A stretch of 64,000 bases of DNA from Phycisphaerae bacterium (lineage in GTDB: Bacteria; Planctomycetota; Phycisphaerae; SM23-33), in assembly GCA_963664745.2 (NCBI GenBank), contig CAXXMC010000001.1, positions 264 to 64,263 of the forward strand, in the 5' to 3' direction. Below, one piece after another: positions 17,805 to 26,573 of the stretch. The position numbers were made by a program, and so were the translations under genes. The notes under the pieces are model-generated. The model saw only the letters and a program-made list of their open reading frames with translations, was not told where the DNA came from and did not search any database. Numbering within the stretch: the first letter of the stretch is position 1; each line of letters starts with the position of its first letter.

Positions 17805-19055
17805 TTACCAAACCAACGGACTGAACTTACCACTTTCCAGCGGATCAACAAATGGTTTGTTGTGTCGACTTAGCCAAACTTCTCCCAAATCACTTTCAAG
17901 TTTCAGCAGGGCCATTAGAGCGTAACCAGTTGTTCTGTTGTTTACACACAGGCTTCCTGCATCGGGAGCGTCCGGTCCCTCACAGCCTGCACCGCAAAGA
18001 CCGCGGAAAGCTCCGTCCAGCCGAGGATCCTGAGTATCACTTACCTGCATTTGCAGAAGTTTTCGCAGGCCTTTATTCCTGGCAGCAATTAACCGTTGAT
18101 CGTTATAAAATTTCCCCAAATCATGAAAGTACATTAGCGAAACCGGTACACCGGAAGGAGCTCCTTCATCAAATCCGCCATCTTCGTGTTGTTCGCTGGC
18201 AAGCCAACGAGTATTTTTTCTGGCAGCTTCACGATATGATTCATCTTTAAAAAAATCCGCAGCGGTTTGCAGCATTGCATTGCCAAAATCATCGTTGTAA
18301 AGATGCATATTGCAGGTCTCTTTCAGCCCGATCGGCTTTTTTGTATGAAGCCAATCCAAGTGTTGAATAATCTTACCGTCTTCCATGAAAAAATGATCCC
18401 GGTAATTGTTTGCGATAGGTCGAAATCCTTGAGATATAAATTTCGCTTCTCCACAAGCCAGGAAAAGGTCATGATAAAACAAACCCGTGCCCGACTGAAA
18501 CGAACCTCCCCAGTACATATCGGAAATATCCGGATCCATATAAATTGCATATAGGGGCCAGCCGTCTGACATTGCGTTTTCAAGATGCCATAACCCAAAC
18601 AAGACAGCCCGATCAAGATAAAGCGGATTTTCCGTAGCCTTATATAGCCACACAAGCGCCCATGCAGCAGTTGTGGCGTCCCGTGGGGTAAACTCTATAG
18701 ATTGCGGAGTTAGTTCACGAATCGCACCATAATAACGTCGATCGCGTGGATCCATAATTTGAAGGGAGATAATATACCGGCCTGCGAATTCGGCAGCCTG
18801 TAGATATTTTTCCTGACCGGTTCGACGATACAATGCTAAATAACACATACACTGTATCCCCGTTTGCCAACTTGCAGTGAGAGTTGAATACCCGCTGTCA
18901 AGATCAAAACATTGAAGCCCCCGTCCGCGGTTTGCATCCATGCGATTGGTTACCTGGTTTCTCAGCATCCAGTCTCCGGTTGCTATGGCGGTATTATAAA
19001 TCACGTCTTTTGAAATCTCTAAAGTTTCCACGTTTGGCCTCTTTCGGCAAATCAA
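17805..19055 (-). CDS. Hypothetical alpha/alpha-toroid repeat protein (six-hairpin-glycosidase- or prenyltransferase-like)
   Basis: This 416-aa ORF sits in the glycan operon. Motifs such as ..ASEQHEDGGFDEG.. and ..TTAAWALVWLY.. recall alpha/alpha-barrel proteins. The family was not established. Confidence 0.4.
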   Translation of the reverse strand: MICRKRPNVETLEISKDVIYNTAIATGDWMLRNQVTNRMDANRGRGLQCFDLDSGYSTLTASWQTGIQCMCYLALYRRTGQEKYLQAAEFAGRYIISLQIMDPRDRRYYGAIRELTPQSIEFTPRDATTAAWALVWLYKATENPLYLDRAVLFGLWHLENAMSDGWPLYAIYMDPDISDMYWGGSFQSGTGLFYHDLFLACGEAKFISQGFRPIANNYRDHFFMEDGKIIQHLDWLHTKKPIGLKETCNMHLYNDDFGNAMLQTAADFFKDESYREAARKNTRWLASEQHEDGGFDEGAPSGVPVSLMYFHDLGKFYNDQRLIAARNKGLRKLLQMQVSDTQDPRLDGAFRGLCGAGCEGPDAPDAGSLCVNNRTTGYALMALLKLESDLGEVWLSRHNKPFVDPLESGKFSPLVW

Positions 19056-19099
19056 TACAGTTCACTAAAATAGTTTATATAAAATTAGGTTTGGTGCAT

Positions 19100-20023
19100 T
19101 TATTCCGGTAGCTCAAGCATTTCCTCGGGCATTGTTGCTACGCATCCATAAGTATCACCTGCACCGTAATAGACAAAAACAGTTCCATTTTTGACTACTG
19201 CTCCACAAGCATAAACACAATTACCCGTCATTCCTTTTTGTTTTTCATGGGGCGTTTCGGGTTCCAAAATGGGTTCGGATTGGACCTTCAGTACTTCTGC
19301 AGGGTCGTCCAGATCAAGCCAGAAAATTCCAAGCCGGTATGTTATGTATCTGTCAACACCATGAAAAATCACAGCCCAGGCTTTTTCAGTCTTGATTGGA
19401 GGACAGCAAATACCTAGTTTAAGTTCGCACCACGGAAGGATTTCATTGGTCAAAATCATCTTCGGGTTTTCCCAATTAACAAGATCAGAACTATCTGAAA
19501 TCCAAATATTGGGTATGGGCCGATGCATCAGAATATATTTCCCGTTTATCTTTTCTGGGAAAAGGCCGCCGGTTCTTTGGGCAATGTCTTTTACAATCAG
19601 GCCGTGCTTTTTATAAGTTTTAAAATCCTTCGTAGACGCAAGGGCTAGCCGATCCCAACAATCAGACGTTACTGCATAAACAATATAGTAAGTATCATCT
19701 ATTTTGGTTATTCGTGGGTCCTCAACACCGTTTAAGCCGAACATCTTCTTATCTTCACCCTCCAGGTCAATTACAGGGTGATTAGAACGCTCAATGATGT
19801 TAAATCCATCTTCAGTAACAGCATGGCCAATTGTAGCAACATGAAAATCACATCCCGGATGCTTGGGCATTACTCCCGCGCCCCGATACAAAATATGAAT
19901 GCGCCCTTTATCATCCATGCAGGCACCCGGATTAAAAGCTCCAACCGTATCGAATGCATTGTAAGGCCGGGGCATAAGGATAGGATTGTTCTTGTGACGG
20001 GTTAATTTTGCTGCTTTTGACAT
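19100..20023 (-). CDS. GH130-family glycoside phosphorylase/hydrolase (beta-mannoside-type, DUF377)
   Basis: Motifs ..NNPILMP..GAFNPGA..ILYRG..GHAVTEDG..GVEDPRITKIDDTYYIVY.. match the GH130 five-bladed propeller pattern. Confidence 0.8.
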   Translation of the reverse strand: MSKAAKLTRHKNNPILMPRPYNAFDTVGAFNPGACMDDKGRIHILYRGAGVMPKHPGCDFHVATIGHAVTEDGFNIIERSNHPVIDLEGEDKKMFGLNGVEDPRITKIDDTYYIVYAVTSDCWDRLALASTKDFKTYKKHGLIVKDIAQRTGGLFPEKINGKYILMHRPIPNIWISDSSDLVNWENPKMILTNEILPWCELKLGICCPPIKTEKAWAVIFHGVDRYITYRLGIFWLDLDDPAEVLKVQSEPILEPETPHEKQKGMTGNCVYACGAVVKNGTVFVYYGAGDTYGCVATMPEEMLELPE

Positions 20024-20082
20024 TCTTGTTCCTTTGATAAATTAGAATGAAACACTACAGTTACGTATGACAATTAATTAAA

Positions 20083-20850
20083 TCAATAATTATCGTCACA
20101 AATTGTATAGCAAGCCTCTAATGCTGTAGATCCTTTGGATTGATCATTATAATCATAGGCAACGTCCATATAGCCATCATCCGTTTCAGCATGGAAATCC
20201 ATGAAAAGCAAAGCTGTTTTGCCCGCATGTCTACAATGAATTTGTAATGCACAGGTTCCAACGGTCCAATGTTTCTGAATACAATACCACTGCACGCGGC
20301 CAGACAAACCGTACCAGTCCTTAATCCAAAGTGGTGGAGTCGTATAAACACTGTCAGCGAGAAATTCAGATGTTGCCGGAGACCATGCGTCTGACAGGGA
20401 TATGGATTTTGTGTAATCGAGCACACCTATCATTGCATATGTCATGTACGCACGGTGTTCATCGGGAATATCATCTCTATCAGCAGGCGGATAAGAAGGA
20501 CAGATGAAAGCATTTATGTCTTCTGCATATTCACCGTTAATAAGAGTCTCATTCCAACAGGGCAAACCCGGTGGCACGGCAACTGGGAGAGCTTCATTGT
20601 AATCCTGAGCGTACATGGCAAATGCCAAGCCGTTGTTTTTGAAGTTAGAAAGGCATACCGCCTGAACGGCAAGCTCCTTGGCCTTGGTAAGCGAAGGCAG
20701 TAGAATCGAAACAAGCAGCGAAATAATCGCAATTACAACTAAAAGTTCAATCAGAGTAAACCCATGCCTTGACCGGACGTGCTTTTTTGCTTTTTTTTCT
20801 TGAGTTACAGGCCAAAACTTTCCATTGGTTGATTCTACGATCTGTTTCAT
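20083..20850 (-). CDS. Type II pseudopilin-like protein with prepilin N-terminal methylation motif (DUF1559-type)
   Basis: ..HGFTLIELLVVIAIISLLVSILLPSL.. is a canonical prepilin cleavage/methylation motif. The C-terminal ..LLFMDFHAETDDG.. resembles the H-X9-DG end of DUF1559 proteins. Confidence 0.85.
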   Translation of the reverse strand: MKQIVESTNGKFWPVTQEKKAKKHVRSRHGFTLIELLVVIAIISLLVSILLPSLTKAKELAVQAVCLSNFKNNGLAFAMYAQDYNEALPVAVPPGLPCWNETLINGEYAEDINAFICPSYPPADRDDIPDEHRAYMTYAMIGVLDYTKSISLSDAWSPATSEFLADSVYTTPPLWIKDWYGLSGRVQWYCIQKHWTVGTCALQIHCRHAGKTALLFMDFHAETDDGYMDVAYDYNDQSKGSTALEACYTICDDNY

Positions 20851-20891
20851 TTTTTATTTCCTCGATTCTAAAATTTGTTGCCTTGAACTTT

Positions 20892-21977
20892 TCAGGCATC
20901 CAGCCTGGAAGTTGAATTTCTGACTATAAGTTTTGGTTCTAACAATATTGTTCTGGCACATCTTTGATGTGCATTTTTGTTCTGTAATAGCAGCTCGAAC
21001 GCCACTTCCGCGCAACGTCCCAGCCTGCAATCCACTGCTGTGAGAGGCGGGTCAATCATTTCCGCAACAGCAGCATTGTCAATCGCTACAATACTCAAAT
21101 CTTTAGGTATACTCATGGAGCGTTGCCTGGCTTCTTTAATAAACTGGGTTGCATACAGTAACTCTGTTATCAAAGCGGTCGGACGCGACTCCATATCGTC
21201 CATGGAATCAAGTGTCTCAGCCACAGCCTGGTTGTGCTCATTGATTCCAAATTTTGGCAGAATACATAATGCCGGATTCAGCCCGAAGTGTAACATGGCC
21301 TCCTTGAAAGCCTCTTGTCTTTGCAATAGATGGGTTGAAAATGAATTGGGGACAAATTGCTGTGCAAAGTATGCAATCTGTTTATGGCCCAGTTCGACAA
21401 GATGCTCTACTGCCTGAAAAAGCACCATTTTATTGTTGCACAGCACGCTAGCTTGGGGAGGCCAGAAAAATGAGTCATCATTAATAACAACAACAGGAAC
21501 TTTCTCGCTGATTTTTCTCAAAAGGTCATGTTGCCCATGACCCATCCATAGCACTCCGTCCAGATGCTGTTCGTTTCCAGCCTCAAAAGGCATCTCGCCG
21601 TCTTTTGTACTGCATAGAGAAAACACAACCCTTACGCCGTTTTTTTGACCGATCCGCTGGAGGGCGGGAACAATATCCCGATACAACCACCCGGGCGAAT
21701 CCAGATCGTTTAACAATTCCTCCCCGGCCATTAATATGACATTGTGCTCTGTGTTCCAGCCAGAACCCGATTGATTTTGTCCAAGGGGTCTTGCAGAGCT
21801 TGAAGTTCTTCTGCGGGGAGTACGGGAATACCCCAACTTATCCACCGCTTCGGCAATTCGGTCTCTCGTGTGTTCGCTTGCAAATTCCGCATCATTGAAT
21901 ACTCGCGAAACCGTTGCGACAGAAACTCCTACTTCTTCCGCAACTTCTTGCATAGTTATTGTTTTCTTCTTGGCCAT
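20892..21977 (-). CDS. LacI-family transcriptional regulator
   Basis: The HTH is MAKKKTITMQEVAEEVGVSVATVSRVFN, followed by a periplasmic-binding-protein-like sugar-binding fold. The ORF-track TTG start at 22097 is unlikely, and the ATG at 21977 gives the canonical N-terminus. Confidence 0.9.
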   Translation of the reverse strand: MAKKKTITMQEVAEEVGVSVATVSRVFNDAEFASEHTRDRIAEAVDKLGYSRTPRRRTSSSARPLGQNQSGSGWNTEHNVILMAGEELLNDLDSPGWLYRDIVPALQRIGQKNGVRVVFSLCSTKDGEMPFEAGNEQHLDGVLWMGHGQHDLLRKISEKVPVVVINDDSFFWPPQASVLCNNKMVLFQAVEHLVELGHKQIAYFAQQFVPNSFSTHLLQRQEAFKEAMLHFGLNPALCILPKFGINEHNQAVAETLDSMDDMESRPTALITELLYATQFIKEARQRSMSIPKDLSIVAIDNAAVAEMIDPPLTAVDCRLGRCAEVAFELLLQNKNAHQRCARTILLEPKLIVRNSTSRLDA

Positions 21978-22323
21978 CTGAACTTCCTGTTTTGATAGTA
22001 CCTTGTGACTCCTGGCTACAAAACCACCAAACCTAATTCGGATGATTGCAGCATCCTCAATAAGACAATCCTTATAGTAATAAAAACAAGTTAACAAGTC
22101 AAGTTAATTAACAATAATAAATCATAAATTTACGAGATATTTTTCTGTTTTTTAAGATTATTGAACTAAGTTGATTTAAGTATTTAATTTGTAGATACTT
22201 AAATTTAAAAACTTTTGAAAAATAAACCTCATTAAGGTTGGGGTTTTTCTTTGGTTAATATGATTCTTCAAAATTATCAGGATTACTTGCAAGTAAAAAA
22301 AGCGAAAAATATGTAAATTTTAG

Positions 22324-22351
22324 TTGACAAAAAAGGTTAATAAGGTAAAAT
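22324..22351 (+). promoter_or_regulatory. Putative sigma70-type promoter of the beta-helix surface-protein locus
   Basis: TTGACA at 22324..22329 and TAAAAT at 22346..22351 are separated by a 16-nt spacer. The region is very AT-rich and lies ~130 nt upstream of the 22481 ATG. This is a sequence match only. Confidence 0.4.
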
Positions 22352-22480
22352 CACATCATAAAGATAATCTTCACTTCACAATAAAACAACACTGGCTAGC
22401 TGGGAGCAGCATGTTGCATCCGGCAATTTGAGAAAGGGAGCCATAAAGAACGGCTTCGAAAACAAGAAAAGGAGATCAAA

Positions 22481-23608
22481 ATGAGTAGCAGCATTTCAAG
22501 GTTGGTATGTTTAATTGTTGTCGGTTGTATTGTTTCGATGTCATCGGCCGCCGTATTGACTGTAGGCAAGTCAGGTGCTACGTATACAACACTCATCGAT
22601 GCGTTAGATGCCGCCAATCCCAACGACACTGTACAGTTTATTGATAGCGAAACTTATCTGATAGCCGATGTAAACCAGAATTATGACCAGGGCTTGATTA
22701 TTGAATCGGCTCCTGGGGAAAAAGCCACCCTTAACTTCTCTGGTGGAGGATGGACAGGCCTGTACCTTGGGGCTACGGATATGACAGTGCGTAACCTGAA
22801 TATCGAAAGTGACCGTTCTGTTGCAATATGGGCTGGAATGGACAATCCGACTATAGATAATGTAAACATTACTGTAACTGCAGATGACAGCAAGGGGATC
22901 GTTGGAGAAACCGGGCTAAACGTAACAAGCAGCACATTCATTGGTACTTCAGTTTACGGCGGAAATGCCATTCAAGTTATAGGTGAAGGTACAATAGACC
23001 ACTGCAGTTTTTATCAGTGGACAAGTCCCATCATGGGAGATAGCTCTGCTGTAAACGCGGATATTACAAATAGCGTGTTTGGCGTCTGGTATAATACTAC
23101 TGGTTACGCTGCAATTTCGATAAAATATGGTAGTGGAGACGAAGATTACAATGCTTACGGCGGGGTATCTTCGGATTACGTTCTGTCTGGTTCAAATGTT
23201 ACCATCGGGGTTAACACAATTAATCTTGGTGCCGCTACAAGTCCCTTCGCCGGGGATCCTTCAACAGGTGACTGGTCGGTAATCGAGAGTCTTTATACTG
23301 CTGCAAGCGATGGAACAACTATTGGTGCGTGGCAGGCTCCGACGCAGACGTTGCTGGAAGGCGATGCGAATAGAGACGGTGTTGTTTCAGCTGGTGACTA
23401 TGCTTCTGTCCAAGCCAATTTCGGAAGCACAGGCGAGGCTGGTATTCCAGGTGACGCAAATCTCGACGGTGTTGTCTCAGCCGGGGACTACGCAAGCGTT
23501 CAGGCGAACTTCGGTAACGTGGCTCCAACAGCTGTACCTGTACCAGAACCGGCAACTATGGCTCTGTTGTCGCTGGGTGCTGCAGCTATGATTAGACGTC
23601 GACGTTAA
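22481..23608 (+). CDS. Secreted beta-helix-like protein with two dockerin-like repeats and a PEP-CTERM anchor
   Basis: The signal peptide is MSSSISRLVCLIVVGCIVSMSSAAV. The N-terminal pectin-lyase-fold-like start reads ..GATYTTLIDALDAANPNDTVQFIDSETYL.. The repeats are GDANRDGVVSAGDYASVQANFG and GDANLDGVVSAGDYASVQANFG. The C-terminus is VPEPATMALLSLGAAAMIRRRR. The RBS is aaaggag. Confidence 0.85.
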   Translation: MSSSISRLVCLIVVGCIVSMSSAAVLTVGKSGATYTTLIDALDAANPNDTVQFIDSETYLIADVNQNYDQGLIIESAPGEKATLNFSGGGWTGLYLGATDMTVRNLNIESDRSVAIWAGMDNPTIDNVNITVTADDSKGIVGETGLNVTSSTFIGTSVYGGNAIQVIGEGTIDHCSFYQWTSPIMGDSSAVNADITNSVFGVWYNTTGYAAISIKYGSGDEDYNAYGGVSSDYVLSGSNVTIGVNTINLGAATSPFAGDPSTGDWSVIESLYTAASDGTTIGAWQAPTQTLLEGDANRDGVVSAGDYASVQANFGSTGEAGIPGDANLDGVVSAGDYASVQANFGNVAPTAVPVPEPATMALLSLGAAAMIRRRR

Positions 23609-23751
23609 TGTAAACAAAGTGTAGTATGCGTTTTGTGATTTTTTTGTATTTTAAATGAGTTAGCTGGAATGGTGTGTTGCCTCCGGCAAGTAAAAAAAAT
23701 GGGAAGTCTGAACGGTTCAGCTTCCAAGAGCAAAGTAAAAGGAGATTGGAA

Positions 23752-24657
23752 ATGAGTAGTAAAATTTCAAAATGGGTATGTCTGATTGTTGTCGGTTGTA
23801 TTGTTTCGATGTCATCCGCTTCTGTATTGACTGTAGGAAAGTCAGGTGCTATGTATACAACACTCATCGATGCGTTAGATGCCGCTAATCCAAGCGACAC
23901 TGTACAGTTTATTGATAGTGAAACTTATCTGATAACCGGTGCAAGCCAGAGTTATGACCAAGGTTTGATTATTGAATCGGCTCCTGGGCAAAGGGCTACC
24001 CTTAACTTCTCTGGTGGAGGATGGACAGGCCTGTACCTTGGGGCTACGGATATGACAGTGCGTAACCTGAATATCGAAAGTGAGCGCGATGTCGCTGTCT
24101 GGTGTGGTAATGACAATCCCACGATCTATGATGTCAGTGTAAAAAACTTGGTGGACGATAAAGTTGGTATTATTCTTCAGTCTGGCGCGATTGTATCTTA
24201 CAGCACATTCCTTAGTACTTCCATCTTTGGCGGCAATGCCCTTCAAACGACAGGTTTGAACACAACAATAGATCACTGCAGCTTCTCTAGTTGGACAAAA
24301 GGTATTATTGGCAGTGGTGATGCTGATGTTACAAACTCAGTATTTGGCAACATGAACTCCTGGGGTGGTGCCTATTGTCCTTTGGCTTACGCAACTGGCA
24401 CCGAAGACTACAATGCATACAGTGGGTGTACTTTAATTGCTGACGGCACTTCAATCACCAGTGGTGGAAACACCATCGACCTCGGTGCTACAAGTGTTTA
24501 TGCAGGCGATCCGGCTGCGGGTGACTGGTCGGTAATTCCAAGTCTTTATTCAGCTGCAAGCGATGGAACAACCATCGGTGCATGGCAGGCGCCTGAACCT
24601 GCAATGATGACCATTATGACTGTAGGTGCAATCGTGGGATTGCGCAAGCGTAAATAG
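23752..24657 (+). CDS. Secreted beta-helix-like PEP-CTERM protein, tandem paralogue of 22481..23608 without dockerin repeats
   Basis: The first ~115 aa are nearly identical to the upstream gene (MSSKISKWVCLIVVGCIVSMSSASV..). The C-terminus PEPAMMTIMTVGAIVGLRKRK is a PEP-CTERM signal. The ATG at 23752 has the RBS aaaggag, so the ORF-track start at 23674 is unlikely. Confidence 0.85.
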   Translation: MSSKISKWVCLIVVGCIVSMSSASVLTVGKSGAMYTTLIDALDAANPSDTVQFIDSETYLITGASQSYDQGLIIESAPGQRATLNFSGGGWTGLYLGATDMTVRNLNIESERDVAVWCGNDNPTIYDVSVKNLVDDKVGIILQSGAIVSYSTFLSTSIFGGNALQTTGLNTTIDHCSFSSWTKGIIGSGDADVTNSVFGNMNSWGGAYCPLAYATGTEDYNAYSGCTLIADGTSITSGGNTIDLGATSVYAGDPAAGDWSVIPSLYSAASDGTTIGAWQAPEPAMMTIMTVGAIVGLRKRK

Positions 24658-24764
24658 TATACTAATTGGCATATTGGCTTAGTTAGAGTTGTAACCAGAT
24701 TTTCAGTTGGGCTCAGTTCAGTAATTCGGGCTGGGCCCGCTGATTATTTGAAACAAGGAAAGGT

Positions 24765-26429
24765 ATGGATGCGATGAGATTCACAAAATTATCTGTAGCG
24801 TGTGGCGTGTTGGTAATTGCAGTTTTTGTTTTCAGCGGTTTTTCACATGCCCAGCCCGGTCAAGGCCAGCGACATAAAGGGGAATTTGAGGACATCAGGG
24901 AATATGATTCTTTATCCTCAGCCTTGGCTAAGATCGGTAGCAGAAAAACCGTTCTATTAATTCCCACTTCGCAGAAAGTGGTAAAAAACATAACCATACC
25001 TGAAAATATTAATCTAAAATTTATTGGTGATGGGTCGCTCAAACTTGCCCCCAAGGTAACTGTTATGTTCAACAGTAAGCCCCTAGCTGAGCTTGATCAT
25101 ATTTTCCGGGGGGCAGGCAGAGTTGTTTTTAAAAATACGATAACACCTGTATTGTATCCTCAGTGGTTTGGTGCGAAGGTTGACGGTAAAACCGATGATA
25201 TCGACGCCATGGACAAAGCTGTCGCCTGTCTCAAAGCCAGCGGCGGCGGGGTAATTCACATAACAAACAAAATGGTAATCGGCAGGACACTGGTTTTTAC
25301 AGGTAAGATCAGCAATATGCCGAAAATGAGTCCTCAATATTATGGGATAATAAAAGTTAAAGGAGTCGGGGCGAACGCGGCAATATATGGAACCATTGAG
25401 AAGGGGAATGTAATACAACTTGGGACGACTGGCAAAGATGATATGGTTTTTCGACTTGATCTGGAAGACTTGATTATCGACGGCGGCATGAAAAACGTAG
25501 CTGTGATTCACGGGGGAGTGTCTGACGGAAACCACACAATCAATTTTAAAAACCTGCTCATCAAGGGCTTCAGCGGGCCTGATTCTGTTGGTATCGAAGG
25601 TGGACGCATCACAGACAGTTTCATGAATACAATTGTCATTCAAGGTCAGGGTTCTGGTAAAGGAATAGTAGCCAGACGATCCACGATGCAACTCATCGAT
25701 TGCCGGATTTTTTACACAAAGCACGGCCTGTATATTCCCAGCACGGCGGAGTCCAACGCACAGATGATCGGGGGGGGGATCCTGGTTTGTAGTAACTGCA
25801 TTACTTTTGAAGGCCCCGGGCCAAGCTGGAACGCAAATTATTTTATTGGTACTTTTATTGCAGAAGGGAGAAAGGGTAATAGAATTCTAAATGTAGAAAA
25901 CTCGCCCGCACACGGCAAGGATGTTTCTGCATTAACTTTCCAGAGTTGCCTTTTCGGCGGGGCTGAAAACAAGGAACCTCTGCTTGATTTTTCGAACTTT
26001 TACGGAAAGATCAATCTTATCGGCTGTGCCGTTTGGGGTCAGTCTGCAGGTACCCGGGTTCTTAACGGCCCGAATACAGAATTGGTTATGTTGGGAAATT
26101 CAAATATGACCCTCGACACCCGCTGTGATAAGACAAAAATCAACAGGCAGTTTAAGGATAGTGATCTGACGGGCACTCTTTTCTGGAACGTGCCATCAAT
26201 TGCTCCCGGTTCCGGTTATGGAAAAACAAGTTCGAGCATAACTGTTACCGGTGCGAAATTTGGAGATTTTGTTCTTGTTGCAGCACCCTATGACCTTCAA
26301 GGAGTAAGTGCAACGGGTTATGTAAACGCGCCAAATTCAGTACAGATACGGTTGGACAACCATACCGGTGAAGTAGTTAATTTGGGAAGCGGAAAATGGA
26401 AAGTCAAAATTTTGAAGTTTTCGAACTGA
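24765..26429 (+). CDS. Secreted pectate-lyase-superfamily (Pectate_lyase_3/tailspike-like) beta-helix protein
   Basis: It has a signal peptide. The diagnostic N-terminal motif of PF12708-type beta-helix proteins is present: ..LYPQWFGAKVDGKTDDIDAMDKAVACLKASGGGVIHI.. The total length is 554 aa. Confidence 0.75.
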   Translation: MDAMRFTKLSVACGVLVIAVFVFSGFSHAQPGQGQRHKGEFEDIREYDSLSSALAKIGSRKTVLLIPTSQKVVKNITIPENINLKFIGDGSLKLAPKVTVMFNSKPLAELDHIFRGAGRVVFKNTITPVLYPQWFGAKVDGKTDDIDAMDKAVACLKASGGGVIHITNKMVIGRTLVFTGKISNMPKMSPQYYGIIKVKGVGANAAIYGTIEKGNVIQLGTTGKDDMVFRLDLEDLIIDGGMKNVAVIHGGVSDGNHTINFKNLLIKGFSGPDSVGIEGGRITDSFMNTIVIQGQGSGKGIVARRSTMQLIDCRIFYTKHGLYIPSTAESNAQMIGGGILVCSNCITFEGPGPSWNANYFIGTFIAEGRKGNRILNVENSPAHGKDVSALTFQSCLFGGAENKEPLLDFSNFYGKINLIGCAVWGQSAGTRVLNGPNTELVMLGNSNMTLDTRCDKTKINRQFKDSDLTGTLFWNVPSIAPGSGYGKTSSSITVTGAKFGDFVLVAAPYDLQGVSATGYVNAPNSVQIRLDNHTGEVVNLGSGKWKVKILKFSN

Positions 26430-26573
26430 CAGATTTCAATTAACCTAAAATGGTGGCAGAATAGTAAAGGTCATAAATCCTTCAACTATTCGCCGCCCTT
26501 TTGGGACGAGAAGCTATTTGAGATTCATCTATTGTTTCACTGGTTTTATAAAGGTTTTTCGGAGGATCAAGCA

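Noticed and set aside
22396-23900. The antisense ORFs 22396..22629 and 23592..23900 have near-identical N-termini (MSLGLAASNASMSVVY..).
   Set aside because: Their similarity is a by-product of the tandem duplication of the sense genes. They run antisense to the signal-peptide and 5' regions and out into AT-rich non-coding DNA. They show no motifs.
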